DNA of 64,000 bases, from assembly GCA_965178125.1 (NCBI GenBank), contig OZ237775.1:248001-312000 (forward strand), in the 5' to 3' direction. Below, piece by piece: positions 23,401-37,472 of the stretch. Each line of letters opens with the position of its first letter. Within the stretch, counting starts at the first letter, position 1. Under the pieces are notes generated by a model, which had not been told where the DNA came from, searched no databases, and was given only the letters and a program-made list of their open reading frames with translations. Source of the stretch: Bilabrum cf. latius. Lineage: Eukaryota. A program made the position numbers and the translations under genes.

Positions 23401-26400
23401 GTTGACTTTGACCACAGTCTCGGGCGGGTAGTGCGGATTGGGCAGTGTGGTTGTGATGTAGAGCTTGAAGGCTGGGTCGTACTCCACGGTGTTGTCGCCC
23501 ACCCGGATCGCCATGCCGGCCCCCGTCTTGACCACGTCCCGCAGCAAGATCGGCTCGAGTACGGGGTCCAGCTGCTCGGGGACGTTCTCCAGCAGCACGG
23601 GGTGGCCAAACTAGAGGGCGGTTTCGATTGTCCTCACGAAGGAGGACTGGTGCTGCTTGACGACGTGCAGGTTGTTCTCCGCCTCCATGTTCCTCACCCA
23701 CTTGTTGGCCTGCCCCTGCGGGTCGATCATCAGCGGCCACCTGGCCGAGCGCTCCAGCATGATGGCGTTCTCGATGGAGAAGGAATCATTGGGCAGTTTC
23801 TTGATCGTCCAGTCGCGGATGGTCACGGGGTTGCCAAGGGTATCCACGAGGCTGAACTTCTCGGCGCACGCAATCCCGCTGTCCTTGAGCTTGGCCGTCC
23901 ACTGGCTGACCGCCTCCTCGCGGTAGGCCATGGTGAAGGCGCCCATGTATGCAATCACGCCGGCAGACAGCACGATGTCGCCCACGACGTTGTCGTACTG
24001 CAGCTGCAGCCTGGTCGCCGCCTCCTTCCATCGCTCCGACTCGCCTCCCAATCCCGCCAGCAGCTCCTGCGCCCTCTCGAGCCGGTTATTGCAGTCCTCA
24101 AACTGGTCCTCGAGCTCCTTCTTCTTCTTCATCTCCGAGTCCAGCTGCGCCTGCAGCACGGCCAGCTCGTCCTGTACCTTCTTGAGCTGGGCCATCTTGA
24201 TGGCGAGGTCGTCAGCCGCTGCCTTGGCCTTGGCCTGTGCTGCCTCCAGGGAGCGTTTCATTGGATCCACCTCTTTGGCCACCTTATCGTAGTCGCGCAT
24301 GCCCCTGACCCACTTGCAGAGCCCTTCGCAAGCTGACGATGATTTAGCGATGATCTTTGGCTGGAAGTTCTCGTTCGCGTAGTAGGGCTCGATCTTTTCG
24401 ATCACCGAGGGCGGGATGTTGTCCCGGTCGAACTCAAGCAGCCGCTTGAGGAATCCTATGTCGTTGAGCAGATTGGATTTGGCGCTCTCCCAATAGTCGT
24501 TGATCTTGCCCTTTCCGTTGGGGTTGGGGATACGCTTCGGAGGCACGCCCAGCATGATGCACACAGCCTCCATCACCAGCCTCACTCCGTCCGAAGGCGA
24601 CTTCATCCCCTTCACAACTGCAATGTCTCCCTTGGAGATGGTCTTCAACGCAGCTTCAGCGGCGTGCACCAGCGGCATGGCCTTGTCGAGCTCCGTCTAG
24701 CACCTGGTCTGGATCTCCTCCGCCTCGTCTGCCTGTGCCTTAGCAGCGGCCGCGTCCTTGCTAACCACCTCCTCCACTTTGGCCGCCTCTTTGGAGGCTT
24801 TGTCCACCTTCTCAATCGTCACAGCCGTCTGCTCCTGCGCCACCTTGAGCTTGGGCTTGAGCTCGTTGAGCTCTTCCTGCATGCCTCCCACCTTGGACTG
24901 CGTCTCTGCGAGCTTGTCCAGGCCAGCCTCGTATCTCCTCTTGTTGTTAAGGATCTCCGTCCGCTTGTCGTTGATCAAAGACTTGAAGGTGTTGATCAGC
25001 TCAAGGTAGCTGGTGGGAGTCACGTAAAAGTGCCTCCTGAGCTCACTCAGGTACTTGTCCGACAGGGATGCGGTCCTCCTCTGCATGTCCACGCAAACGT
25101 CAATGACGCCCTTTGTCGTCGCCTCGTCCATGTCCAGCTCGTCGTCCTGCAGGAAACTGCCAGCCACGGACCGCAGCGCTTCCTCCGGCCAAGCGCTGAA
25201 CCAGTCGATGGCGCAGCAGTTTACGAGCGAAGGGAACATCCTGAGTCTCCGTCTGAAGGCCTCACCGATGGGGCTGAAGCACAGCACCAGGTGGAGGTTG
25301 CTGCGGCACCTCTCGATGAAATACGAGTAGATCTCGTCAGGCGTGGTCAGGTTCCTCTTCTCCTTCTTACCCGCCTTTGAGCAGTCGTCCAGGATCATGG
25401 CGCGCTCGTCGGACTCCCACAGGTTTGGCACCTCACCGATGTTGAGGATGTTGTTGATGTCCTCGACGAAAGACTCGCTCACGATCTGCGTGTCGGAGAA
25501 GAGGAACACCGTGGGCTTGCCGTCCTTGCCCGCCATCATCAGCACCTTCTTCAAGTCGTCCCTCCACTCCGCCATGTTGTACGTCTTGGTGATTTCCACC
25601 TGGAAAAGGCTCATCTCGGCCATGAACACGCTCAGCTTTGTCAGGGACTTGCGACCGCTCCCGCCCACGCCCACCAGCAGCGCGTTGCCGAGGGGCAGCT
25701 GGATGATCCTGCTGATCCGCGCCACGTGCTCCACCGCATTCATGAAGAGCACCAGGTCCATCTTGGCGCCCCTCACGGTCTGGTTGTAGTCGTCCAGGAA
25801 TTGGTTCACGGTCTTGTGCAGCAGTGCGGTATCCGTCACCTGCTGGTACTTGCGGGTCTTCTGGTCCACGAACGACCCGTACATGAGAGGCAGGGCCTCC
25901 CCGCCATCGGCGTCCTCGATGGGTGAAAACACGGCAGACGCGAAGTCCTTGCGGAACGTCTCCTTGACCTGCCCCTCCAACGCGCCATCGAACCACTCCC
26001 TGTCTTCGTCGCTGATGAGACGGTCGCGGAACACCCTTCCGCACTCATGGGCCCACAGCCGGATCAGGTCCGTGTCGTCCTTGACAAAGTCGGCAGAGGC
26101 CTGGTCGATTCCCTGGAACACCTTGGAGATGTCCCGCAGGTTGAACGTGTAGTGCGACTTGGCTGGTGTGGGCCGCAGCTCCGAGGTGATGGTGCGGTAG
26201 AGGGCAGTCGTGGCCGCCACGATGTCCTTCGTGGCAGACTTGGCCTTGGTGGCAAAGGACTGCAATGACCACCCCATGATGGTCGCAAAGATCCGCTCCA
26301 GCTGCTCCGGCGCAAAGGGAACGAACCCGAGTATGTTGAAGTGCCTAACGTACCTCTGCGTGATCTGCGTCCTGCCGCCGCCCGGGGGACCCATCGCCGA

Positions 26401-29400
26401 CACAAACTGAATGTCAATGATCCGCATGAAGGCCTGCTCCTTGTCGTTCCGATCGTACCAGCCCTCGTGGTCCATCCACTGCCGCAGGATCTCAATAGGA
26501 GGCTGCGCACCATACTCCTCTTTGGCAGGCATGTTGAGATCATCCACAAACACGACCATGCGGCGGCCGGGCGGCGGACCATACACGCCCTTCCGCCTCC
26601 TCTTGGTCTTTCCGTCGATGATATCCTGCGTCTGATTGGCACTAGTTTGGGCACTGAAGTTGAGGAACAGCGGCAGCCACGCCTCTTTGTCCATCTTGTT
26701 GAGCAGCTTGTCTTGAAGGCTGACGCTCTTGCCCGTGCCGGTGTCGCCCACGCACAGCACGTGGTGGTGGCTCCGGATCAGGAGGTCAATGATCCATTCG
26801 TTGCGAATCGTGTCGATCGTTGGGACGATGATGCTGTTAAAGCTCGCGCCCTCGGGTACCTGGTAGCTTGGCACACCCTGCATCCAGTCCCGCCAGCCGC
26901 CCTTGGCTAGGTCCACGCAGAAGTCGAAGAGAGTCCTGTCCTCGGGGATAGGAGAGATGGTCTTGCGCTGGTCGCCCTCAGTGACTGTCTGCAACTCAAA
27001 CCGTCCTCGCGCCTTCCTCCGCTTGGCCTCCTCGTCCTCGCCCTCCTCACCCTCGCTCGTCTTGCTCTCGCCCGCCCCCGCCCCTGACGCGGCCTGGTCA
27101 GATCCAGCCTCCGCTGGGGCGTAAGGGTCGGCGTCATACTCCCTGACGTCACCCTCTGACGCCTTGAGGGCCAGCCCGCCCTCGGTGAAATGCGCGTCGT
27201 ACTTTGGATTCTTCGCGATGAAATCCTGAAAGATGGGGTGCTCGCTGGCCTTGCCCTGCAGCAGCTGCTTGAAGAACTCGTCGAATGGCTGCCTGGACTG
27301 CAGCGCGGTGGCTGAGCCTATAGACCACACGATTGACATGATGAGGAGGCTCTCGAGGAGCTTCGCTTTCTCCTTGGCAGGCACAGGCTCGGGGGCCTCG
27401 CGCACGGCCTCCGTCAGCAGCGCGTCAAGCATGGAGAGCACGCTCTGCAGCTGCTCGATGGGTGTGACCGGGGTGAGGACCTCGCTGCCTTTGGCGATGA
27501 AATGCAGGACCGGGGGGACCAGCCAGTCGCACAGGCTTTCGAGGTGATCCCTGTCCTCCTGAGTGAACTGTGGCTCGGTCAGTGTGTGCAGCCAGCTCTG
27601 CAGAGACGGCCGCCACCCCGTCCTCTTCGGCTCCATGAAGACCATTCCCACCCTGGACACCGTGGCCGGGCTGGCTTCCCTGAGATTGTCAGTCTCGAAC
27701 ATCATGGTCATCCTTTGGGACATCTTGATGATCTCTCCCGAGGTCAGGCACAGCTTCTTGTTGTCGTCCAGCACGGTGTTCATGTCCTCGATCCACACGG
27801 CGTCCACGGGCCCGTCAAAGACGATCCAGTGCCTCGTCTTGGCGTCGTCCGTAGAGCAGTTCCTGTAGATCACCGCAAGCATGCCGTCCGTCCACTCTTG
27901 CGTGTTGGGGTCCGTGCGCCCGTAGAGCTGGTTCTGCTTCACGCTCTTGGGGTTGATCGTGTGCACCTGGACCTTTCCATAATCGCTTCCGCCGCCTTTC
28001 ACCCTGCCGAATGCCTCGGCCAACGTGTGGATGACCTTTGTCTTCCCGCAGCACGTCTCGCCCACCACCATGAGGCCGTGCCTGACAGCCACAGTCTCTC
28101 TAAGCTGAATCACGCTCCTTAGGAATGTGTCCTTGGGCTGCAGGTTCCTGTCCTTGCAGGTCTGTAGGATGGCGGACTCGAGTGCCTTGTAGTCCGGCTG
28201 AGGCAGCACCGCGCCAGGGAACAAATCCTGGGTGATGCCCTTGAAGAGGGGCAGATCGTTAGTGGTGAACTTGGGCAGGTTAACGTCCGTGATCGCGCTC
28301 AGCACGATCAGGTCCTCGGTCCACTTGTCCCCGAGTTGCTGCCTCAGGTTGCCTGCCCTCACCAGGATGGAGAACACGGCCCTCATGCCGTAGTCGTAAT
28401 GCTTCTGACTGGACAGCTGCTCCGAACAGAGCCGCAGCACCTGCACCAGCTTCCTGGCCATGTTTCTGGCATCGCTGAAACCGAACGAGTACAGCTTGAT
28501 CTCAGCAATGAGCGCATAGTCGGGCACCATCATGGCACAAGGGCGGAAAAGAGCCTTGAGGTTGTCCGGTAGCTCCGACCGCCCCGCATACCCGGGGTTC
28601 ATGGTGATGAAGCAGTTCGTATCGGGGTTGAGCTTGAGCTTGGTGCCCCAGAAATCGAACACGCGCATCTTTTGCCGCTTGGCGTTGACGATCTGCTGGA
28701 TCTGTTGCGCGACCACGGACAACACCTCGAGCGAGATGCGGTTGAACTCGTCGAAGCATGCCCACGCGCCTGACCCCGCCAATCCCTTGAAGAACTTGGC
28801 CATGTCCTCCACACGCAGCTGGTCCGAGCAGTTGTACACCACGCAGAAGATAGCCACTGCCTTTGAGAGATCCTTGGTAGTCTCCGTCTTGCCAGTGCCC
28901 GCAGGTCCTGCGGGCGCACCGCCGTACTGAAGAGCCACGGCGCCGATGAGCGTTCTGTAGCACCTGTCAGTCAGCGGTGTGATGACCAGCCTCGATGTGT
29001 TCCCCAGGTACTCGTACCCGTACATCTGGCTCGAGTTGATGATTCGGGGCACTAGGTTCATGGGGTCAGAGCCGTACCTCTCCCACTCGTCGGGCTGCTC
29101 GACCCAGTAATACCTCAGCTGCGCCTCCCAGTCGAACTCCGATGCGCCCTTGACGCCCTTCTCGACCATCTTTTCTACCACGTCGCGCGCGTGCACGTCG
29201 ATCACAGTCAGTGCGCCGATCTTGACGCGCTCTTTCTTCGTGAGCTTTCCGCGAACTTTCTGCACGACGTCCTGGATCTGCCCGTCGAGCTGCTCCTTAT
29301 ATCTGCCCAGCCCTTCGTTTCCACCCGTCCGCATGGCATCCTCCGCCTCCCTGGTCCAGTACAGCTGGGATATGTTCAGAACAGCCTGGGCGGGGTGCGC

Positions 29401-32400
29401 CAGGATCCACTCTATCCTAGACCGCTTGGGATAGTCCTCGATGGCCTTCTTGACGAAGTCCTTCACGCTGACCCGCATGGCCCCCAGCAGCTGGTTGAGC
29501 CACTTCTCCACGTTGCCCTTGTTGTCCCCCTTGTTGGGGTCAACGTACTCGATCAGGTCAACCTTCTCGCCGTCGGCAGACCCGATCTCGATGATCACGA
29601 GGTCGTCTGGGTTCCCATCCCTGTCACCCCTGAATGCGATTCGGTTGAGTCCTTCGAAGCACTTGTCCAGGTGCTTCTGGACCTTGCGCACGTCCTTGGT
29701 CTGGGACAGAATCTCAAGCAGGCCATCATTGGCGAGGAAGTAGAAGCGGGGGAAGTGCAGCCTCTTCACCTCTAGGTAGTCGGCCAGGTTCTTCTAAATG
29801 ACGTCCAGGTTCTTGTTGGCGGACCTGAAATTGCTCAGCATGCCATCACGGGCGGCGGCTGCAAGTACGTTGGGGTTCTGCTGCACCTCGCCCATGGCCT
29901 TGACGAACATCTGGTCGATCGCAGCGAACTTTCGCCCCTCGGTCGGCATCTGGCGCATGATGTCGTCCGACGAGAAAATGGGCTGCAGGTACATCCAGGT
30001 GCGCTGAACGCGGAGCCACTCGTCCAGCAGGTTTTGCAGAGTCACCAGCCTCTGCTCCCAGGACTTGGCCTTTCCCTTGATGTTGGCAATGTACGGACTT
30101 CCCATCATGCTCTGCGTCTTGACGAGGTGGTCATCCAGCAGTGCCTGGATCTCGTCCACACCCCTAAGCACGAAGGAGGTCTTGTGCTCCTTGAGCTCGA
30201 AGTTGAGTGCGGCCCACTCCGTCATCATGGCATCGAGAGCCAGGTCCAGGTTGTGTTCCTTGGCGGCCACTGTGGCCACATTCTCCACCTCGTCCATGTG
30301 GTCGAGGATTCCGTTGTCCAGCAGGAACTCAAGAGTCAGCTCCTCGTCGGCCTCGATCTTGAAGCCCACTGCCTCGCTCAGCTCGTGCCAGTGGTACTCC
30401 TTGAGCGCGCCTGTGGCAAGGCTCTAGATTACCGGGACATACTTCTAAAAGGCCTTTGCCTTGCTCTGTAGCTCATGCGCCACTGCGGCGGGGCCAGGAT
30501 ACGCCTCTTCATACGATCGGACGAATTTCTTGGAGGATGCGATCCAGTCCTGCACGGAGTTGTCTATCTCCTGCACGGGCAGCTCCAGGAACGGGTTGGT
30601 CTTCCACAGCACCTCGCTGTTGTCCAGCTCGGCCAAACTTGTCCACAGCTGGAAGAATGGACCCCACTCCTCCTGCGTGTTTTCGACGTGGTCAAAGTTG
30701 GTCACGGGAAGGTCGAACAGCTTCTCTCGGCGGTTGAAGTCGCGAGCACGATCCACGGCGGCCTGCAGGTCTCCCTCGATGGCGTTTGCCTCGTCCACCA
30801 CCGCTACCATCTTGCTGGGGTCCCCGTGCTCCTGAAAAGCGTGTATCCTCTTCTCGATCTCGATGATCTCCTTGTCGAACGCCTCCCTTGCTTTCTCCAG
30901 GCGCACCGTCATGCGCTCCTTTTCGTTCTCCAGCTCATGCAGCGAGTCCTCCGCCTCTTCCGCGAACCGTTTAGGCCACTGCATCAGCTGCAAGAAGGAG
31001 GAGAAGTCGTCCGCCGGCACCTAAAAGGAGCGGTGCCGCGCCCTGTCGCAGAAGTCGTGTATCTCCTGCGTCCTCCTCTCGAGGTCCTTGACCTTATCCG
31101 AGGAGCCCTCGATGTATTCCCGAAGGTCCACCAGCTCTTGCTCGTTGCTCGGGCGCTGCATCACGCGGTCCACCATGTCGCCGAAATCGTCGTGGATCAC
31201 GGCGGCATCTTCCCTCGATGCCTGCAGCCGCGCCTGTATGAGGCCGTCACGAATTGCCACCGCCCTCTCCATGAGCTTGGTCTTGAGCTCCCGCGACGAG
31301 AGCCTGATGAGTCCAAGGTCTTCATAATCAGCGGCGGCTGCCTGCAGGTCGAGCACGACGGAATGGAAGCGGTCCACTTCATCCATGAACTCGTCCAGCG
31401 TGGGCGCGGGTGGCCCGGCATGCTCCAGTTCGGCCCGGCGGCGAGCTGCCTCTTCCTCGTCCTCTTCTTCCTCCTCGCCGTCGCTTTCTTCCTCCTCCCC
31501 GTCATCCTCATCGCTGTCCACCTCCGCAGCGGCACGCTCCGCCCTCTTCCTGGCAGCTGCCTCCCTCTTCTCCGCCTCAATTCTCGCGGCGATTCCCGCC
31601 TCGATCGCCTCCTTGCGCTTCTATAGGACCCTCCCAGCGGCAAAGGCGGGCACGTACTCCTCCGGGTCGATGCCCAGCACCCAGGCGTAGCTCCCCACCA
31701 GCTGCTGCACCTGCTGTGGGGCCTCCAGACCTCCGAGCAGGAGCCTGCGGATCTGCCTCCTCGCCCCCATGATGACCGCATCGGTGTCCTGAGTGGTGGG
31801 CGAATTCACGCCCACCTCGAGCAGGGGACCCGGCCGCTTAGGCTGCACCAAGATGACCGTAATCCGCTGGTCGATTGCCTTGCACTCTAAGACCTTGCTC
31901 ACCATCACCGCTAGCCCGCTCATAAACAGCCTAGCGATGGGCTCCTCGCCCGGGTGCAGCTGTACCCCCGGTGCCTTGCCCTCGCCGAAGCTCTCGCCCT
32001 ACTCTCCGTCATTGCCACCGCCCTTGCCTGCATCTGCGGGCTGGGACGAGCTTTCCTGCAGCCCAACCGCCATCTGCATGCCGGCGCCAGCGCCCCCCGA
32101 AGAGGAGCCTCCCTTGCCCGCCTCTCCCGCGTCCACATCTTCCTCTGCTTTCCCGTTGCTTGCCGCTTCGTGCGAAGTCACCAGCCTCACTCGAAGCAAA
32201 GGGGTAGTGTACCCAAACCGCGCGCACCTCACGTCCTGGTCCGCGGCATACCGCGCCCGCCGCGCGTCGTCACTCGCAGAGCGCGCCACTTCAAACTCCG
32301 TGCGTGCCTCCCTCTCCTTCTAGCCCATCTCGAGCGCGGCTGTGACCTCGGGCAGTGGACCCTCCTCCTCAACGTTCCGCCTGCCCTTGTCCTTGGCCTC

Positions 32401-35400
32401 TGCCGCGCGCCGCGCCTCGACCGCCTTCGCGAGCTCGATTTGAGACTGTTGCCACGCCGCTTTGGCCAGCTCCAAGGCATGATCCGCCTGTGACTGCCGG
32501 CCTTCCGTCTGCTTCGCCACTTCCCTCAGCTGCTCGATCTGGGCCGCCGCACCGTCCGAGGGCAACCCAAGGGCATCGTCGGTTCGTTCCACCACGGGGT
32601 CCACGGGGTCCAAGTCGGCGTCTGCCTGGGCCAGCATGGGCTCGCCGCCTGTGCGACCCGGCTCAGGCTCGGCGTACTGGCGGAGGAACTCGACCCACTT
32701 GCGGGACGAAAAGTGCACGTAACTCCGGAGCTGCTCCCGCATGATGCACCGCACGAGCAGGACGAGCCTCCTGAGTGGCCCCTGCATGTACGCTTCGTGG
32801 TCCTGCGTGTAGCAGTCGAACCCCGGGGCGAAGTTGTGCACGCGGTCGATGACCACATTGGACACTTCAACAGGCCATTGCTTCAGCATGCGCCTCACGG
32901 CACTGAGCATGTGCTGCTTCTGCAGCTCACGCAGCTCTCGGAGCGCGCAGGGCAGCCTAAGAGGGCCAGTCCCGCAAGCAGCGAACGTGGTACCCTCGCC
33001 CATCACGTCCGTCCACTGCTCCTGCACGCTCGCCAGGATCGACTGGATCCTCGGCGCCATGTACCGCACACCGGCAGCTACGCCGCGACAGGCGCCCCCA
33101 AAGTCCACCGCGGGCACCTGAACCTTCCCCATCCACCGCCCGGGCGCGGGAGGGTCCGGCAGGGGCAGCCTGAGCCCATGGTACTGCCGTGCCACCTCTA
33201 GGATGGCTTGGTCCGAAGGGTGCACCTCCTCGCCGATGGCCCGGGCCATGGCCGCGTCACGGCGGGATCCGGCCTCCTGTGCCAGCGCGTGTTTGACCAC
33301 TCCCCACCGCACCGCCGCCTCGTACTCGTCCACGGCCTCCGACACCAGAGCAGAGAACAGTGGGCTCTCCGCCGCATCCTGCATAAGGGCTTGCATGCGC
33401 CGCTCTGCAGCCGCTGACGGCGCTCCTGGCGCTGAAGATTCCGGGGCAACCTCGCCCGAGCCAGACGCTGCCAGCGCGAGGCCGGCGCCCATGTCGCCCC
33501 CCGCGAGGCTGGCCTGATACAGTGCGTCCTGAGACATGCCCCCGGTGCCGCGGGCAGCCGCGGCTGCTGCAGCAGCGGCTGCAGCGGCGGCGGCGTGATC
33601 CATTCCTGCGGCCACCACGCTGCTCCTCCTCTCCTCCTCTCCCATCCTATCCTTCTCCTTCTTGGCCTTCGCGACCAGCATGCGCTCCTGGGCACCGGAA
33701 AAATGGAAACTCCGGCGGTATGCCATGGTCATCCTATGGATCCTAGAGAGCCAGGTGTCCTCGACCGGGGCGCAGTCCACGGGGGCGGCCTGGGTGACAA
33801 AGTGGGCGACGCGGATGGACCGCTTGCACTCCTCCCGACCCGTCAGCGCGTCGAGCATCCTGGTGGCGTGGGACTCGGGCGACTCGGAGTCGAAAAGCAC
33901 CATGACCCGGGGGACGAGCTTGACCATGCCGCGGGCGTGCTTGCCCGCGTGACGCACAAGCAGCTGCGCGGGGACGATCCCGATCGTGGGATCCGCCGCA
34001 TGCATCCTCTCTAGCGCGAGCCGCGCCCTGTGCTTCTTCGCCTCGTGTTCCTCGGCCATCTGGCTCGCGCAATCCATGGCCTCCTGCTCGTCAGTACCCA
34101 GCGCCGTGCCGTCCTGGCTCACTGCCGCGGGGCCCAGCACGATGAGCCCCGCCCCCTGCTGGCCCATGCCCTCGCCTGCAGCCTCCCCGGCGGTCTCACC
34201 GGTGGCACCCACAGTGCTGGGGTCCTCTGGCCCGTCGGACCCCGGAGCGGGGACAAGCGCAAGCACGTCGCACGGCTCCCAGTGCCACCCATCGGGCCCG
34301 TACACGGGCGATCTCGCGCTCTCTCCCCTCTGTACCCTGTGCTGAAGCGACTCGCCGCCCCCTTCCCCTCCATCGAATAGCTAGAGGGGCATGGCGCTCT
34401 GGTCCAGGGCCAGCACGGGCGGCAGTCGGCCCCCCGCTGCGGAACCGGGCCGCTTGCCCTCCGCGGCGCCGCCCGATCGCCCCTCGCTCGAGTCCTCCGT
34501 CCTCACCGAATTCGCCCTGGTCAGCTGCATGAAGCGCTGCACGCCGGGGTGGTCAGACACGGAGGGTCCCAGCAGCTGCGCCACCAGCTCTAAGCCCTTC
34601 TGCGTGGTTGGGTCGCCGGAATGCGCGGCGCCGACCAGCTTGCCCACAGCGGAACCGGCGTGACGGTCCTCGAGTGGAGCCAGGGGCTCTAGCTTCGCTC
34701 TGGATCTCGAGAGTCTCTGGCTCTGCTCCATGCTCATGGGCACCTCAAGCTCGGGCGCGATTGCCTCCTTCCTCCCCTCGCCTACTAGGACCCTGTGGGG
34801 CCTCCTGGCGCCCTTGAAGGGCCGCACCCTCCCGGGGTCAATCCCCTCTGCCTTGGCCCTGACCTAGGTCTTCTCGCTGCGGAGGCCCTCCCCGAATCGG
34901 AGGGGCACGCCGTCGGGCCCGATCCGCATGACGGGGCGGGAGGGAGCGGCGCCCAGGCGGCTGCCGCGACCCCCGGTGGCTGCCGAAGAGGTACGGCGCT
35001 AGCGGCTGGACCGCCCTGCGGCGGACGGTGCCGACCTCCCGCCATCGTCCTCGTCTTCCTTTCTGTAGTGCTCCGTGGGGATTCCACCCTTCTTGATGCG
35101 CTGGGTTAGGTGCAGGGAAGCAGCGCTGGTGCGGCCGCCCGTCGCGCCGGCCAGACCCGACGGCATCGTCATCAAGGAGCCACTGGCAAGGGCGCCCGTT
35201 GTGCCAGCGGTGCTGCTCCGCGCGGGCAAGGAAGCGAGGAGGGCATCGCCGTCATGACGCCTGGAAAGAGAGCGAGCACTCGCACGCGAGTCGCCTCGGA
35301 TCGGACCAAGCGCGGTTTCCGATGCCGACTGGCCCAGCTTCGATTCGGACGACCCGCTTGGGCTAAGTACACTGTGCGACATTCCTGATTCCATGCCTCC

Positions 35401-35628
35401 ACTTGCATCGTGAGAAGCGGCCACTCCTGCCGTTGGGAGCGCAGCTGCAGAAGTAGACGCGCTCATTCCAGACCTTCTTCCAGTACGGGAAGCCCACTCC
35501 GGCATGCCCCGCTTCTTGGACCGCAGTGTGTCTGACATTGACTTCTTCGGAGATGCCTGCGCGTGCAACTTCTTGCCATTGCGTCCCAGGCCAAGAGAGC
35601 GCTTGGCAGCGTCAGGCAGTTGGTCCAT
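20416..35628 (-). CDS. Axonemal inner-arm dynein heavy chain (single-headed type, DNAH1-like N-terminus), ~5070 aa, apparently intronless
   Basis: All minus-strand dynein fragments share one frame and are separated only by 17 TAGs (21904, 22759, 23086, 23092, 23107, 23611, 24697, 29794, 30424, 30445, 31021, 31621, 31999, 32320, 34381, 34864, 34999). P-loops GPAGTGKT, GETCCGKT, GDTGTGKS and GVGGSGRKS; also CFDEFNR and HYDYGMR. The conserved C-terminus GVAMLTQLDD is followed by TAA. Confidence 0.95.
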
Positions 35629-35893
35629 TATTCAGGTGTTGAACCGTATTTCCCGAGCTAGACTCAGCCCAATCGCTTGCAATACACACGTGTATTTATG
35701 TAGTTCACTGGTGAGTCAAATTATGATATTGCTGATGAGTCCTAGCCCGATTTACACAAAGTCCGTTGGCAAATTCAAGATTTTCAAGTAAGGTAATGTT
35801 TTGAACAATTAAAATCTCCGCTCTTCGTCTTTGATTCATCACAACGGAGAGCCGTTCTTGATCAGTTGTCCGTGGTTTAAAAATATATAGAAA

Positions 35894-37275
35894 ATGACCT
35901 CCTAGCGAGCGGTAGCCAGGGCTTCTAGAAAACCCGTGCCGAGAGAGCAGAGATCAGTTTGGCAAAAGATTCCACCACTCCTCCTCGATGCTATTCTGCA
36001 ACCATGGTTTCCGTTCGTGCCCTTAATTGCTGGCTGTGTTGCGGCATCAACAGTGAGTTCCCTTTGGTTGTGTCCGTTGAGATGTACGGCGGCCAGTAGT
36101 GGGATTGCAACTGCCGGCCAGGTTTGGACCACTTGCGAAATCTCCATATTCCGCAGATCATCGGGTGCAATTTGTACGCGCGGCGCATTGGAGATCTACC
36201 AGAATGGCTTGCAACTCCCCCGATCAGCCTAACTGGATACCTTCCGACTACGTACGGTTACTACGTCGCTGGCTTCGCCGCGCTCGCGGTTCTGTTCTAC
36301 ATTATGATGGTAAGCTGGGCTCCAGATGCAAAGTTGCACCAGCAATGCATGCCGTTTCGGTTTATCGAGCCCACTTGTCCTCACGGCCATATCCCTGCGC
36401 AGCTGCCATTCTGCGCCGTAATGCTCACCATCGTGGAGCAGGCGCACGTCGAAGGAGCGAGCAACGCGGCGGGGCAGGCAGCCGCTGCCTTCGGTTTCCT
36501 CCTGGTTCACGCGATCGTGCCGCTGCAGCAGAACATCGGCCTTATGATAGACCCGGAATGGTTCCGCACCCGCTGCCATGAGCTGGGCCTCCCGGACCCG
36601 GGGCACACGGTGGAGCAGAGTCTACAGTCTGCTATCCACCAGGGCTCCGCGGGCCTGTTTTTCGGTCTTGCTCTATACCATGGCATTGCCATCCTGACCA
36701 TTTTGTGGGGCAGCAAGAGTGCCATGATTGGGCTGGCGGACGATGCCCTGGGGTTCGTTCTGAAAGTATGCTCCATGGCGCTCCTGCCCTTTCCCTTTGT
36801 GGGGGCGTTTCTCTTCCACCCCGCATACGGGTTGCTGTCCCCGCCAAGGGACGTAATTGACGAGACCTCGCCGACATTCCATGAAGACAGGGCGGTCAGG
36901 GCAGAAGAGGACAGGCGGCACATGATGAACATGGGTGGGATCATGCAATGGGTGGCAGTGGCGTCAATCGCTCTGTATTTCATGACATACGGTGTTGATT
37001 TCTTCGTCCTTCAGTCCAAGCACCGCAAGGCGCCCTTGGATCTGGCGAGGTGGGTGCTTCAGAGGAGGTGCGCCAGGGAGGGCGATGGAAAGCAGCAGGG
37101 CGAGAAGAAAACGGAGGATGGGTCGGATTAGAAAGAAGTAGGTGCGCAGGAAGAGACAGGCGCGGATGCAAAGGAGGAGGCCGATTTGTTGGTAGGGGAT
37201 GAGGCCTCCAAGGTGTCCCACCGGGACGTTCTGGAGGAGGCTGTGCTGGCTCTGAAATCGAGGTGGGGGGGCTGA
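35894..37275 (+). CDS. Frag1/DRAM/Sfk1 (TMEM150-like) family multi-pass membrane protein, ~394 aa
   Basis: Exon 1 35894-36052 (TAG at 35903), intron 36053-36156 (GTGAGT...CCGCAG), probable in-frame intron 36310-36402 (GTAAGC...GCGCAG). Motifs PPISLTG, IHQGSAGLFF and QWVAVASIALYFMTYGVDF. TAG at 37129 is followed by a charged tail to TGA 37273-37275. Confidence 0.65.
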
Positions 37276-37472
37276 TCACTTGCAGGCTTGATGATGTTCT
37301 GCAGGAGCCACAATCCGAAGGCTGTAGCCAAAGTAGCGCGTACCTAGGCAGGGAACCTGGTGGTGCCACCAGTGGATGGTAGATTTCGGATCTACCGAAA
37401 ATAAAGATGAAGATTGTGCAACGATCTATTTCACTTCGAAGCCACAGCTTACGCGGGTCTATTCCAAACAGT

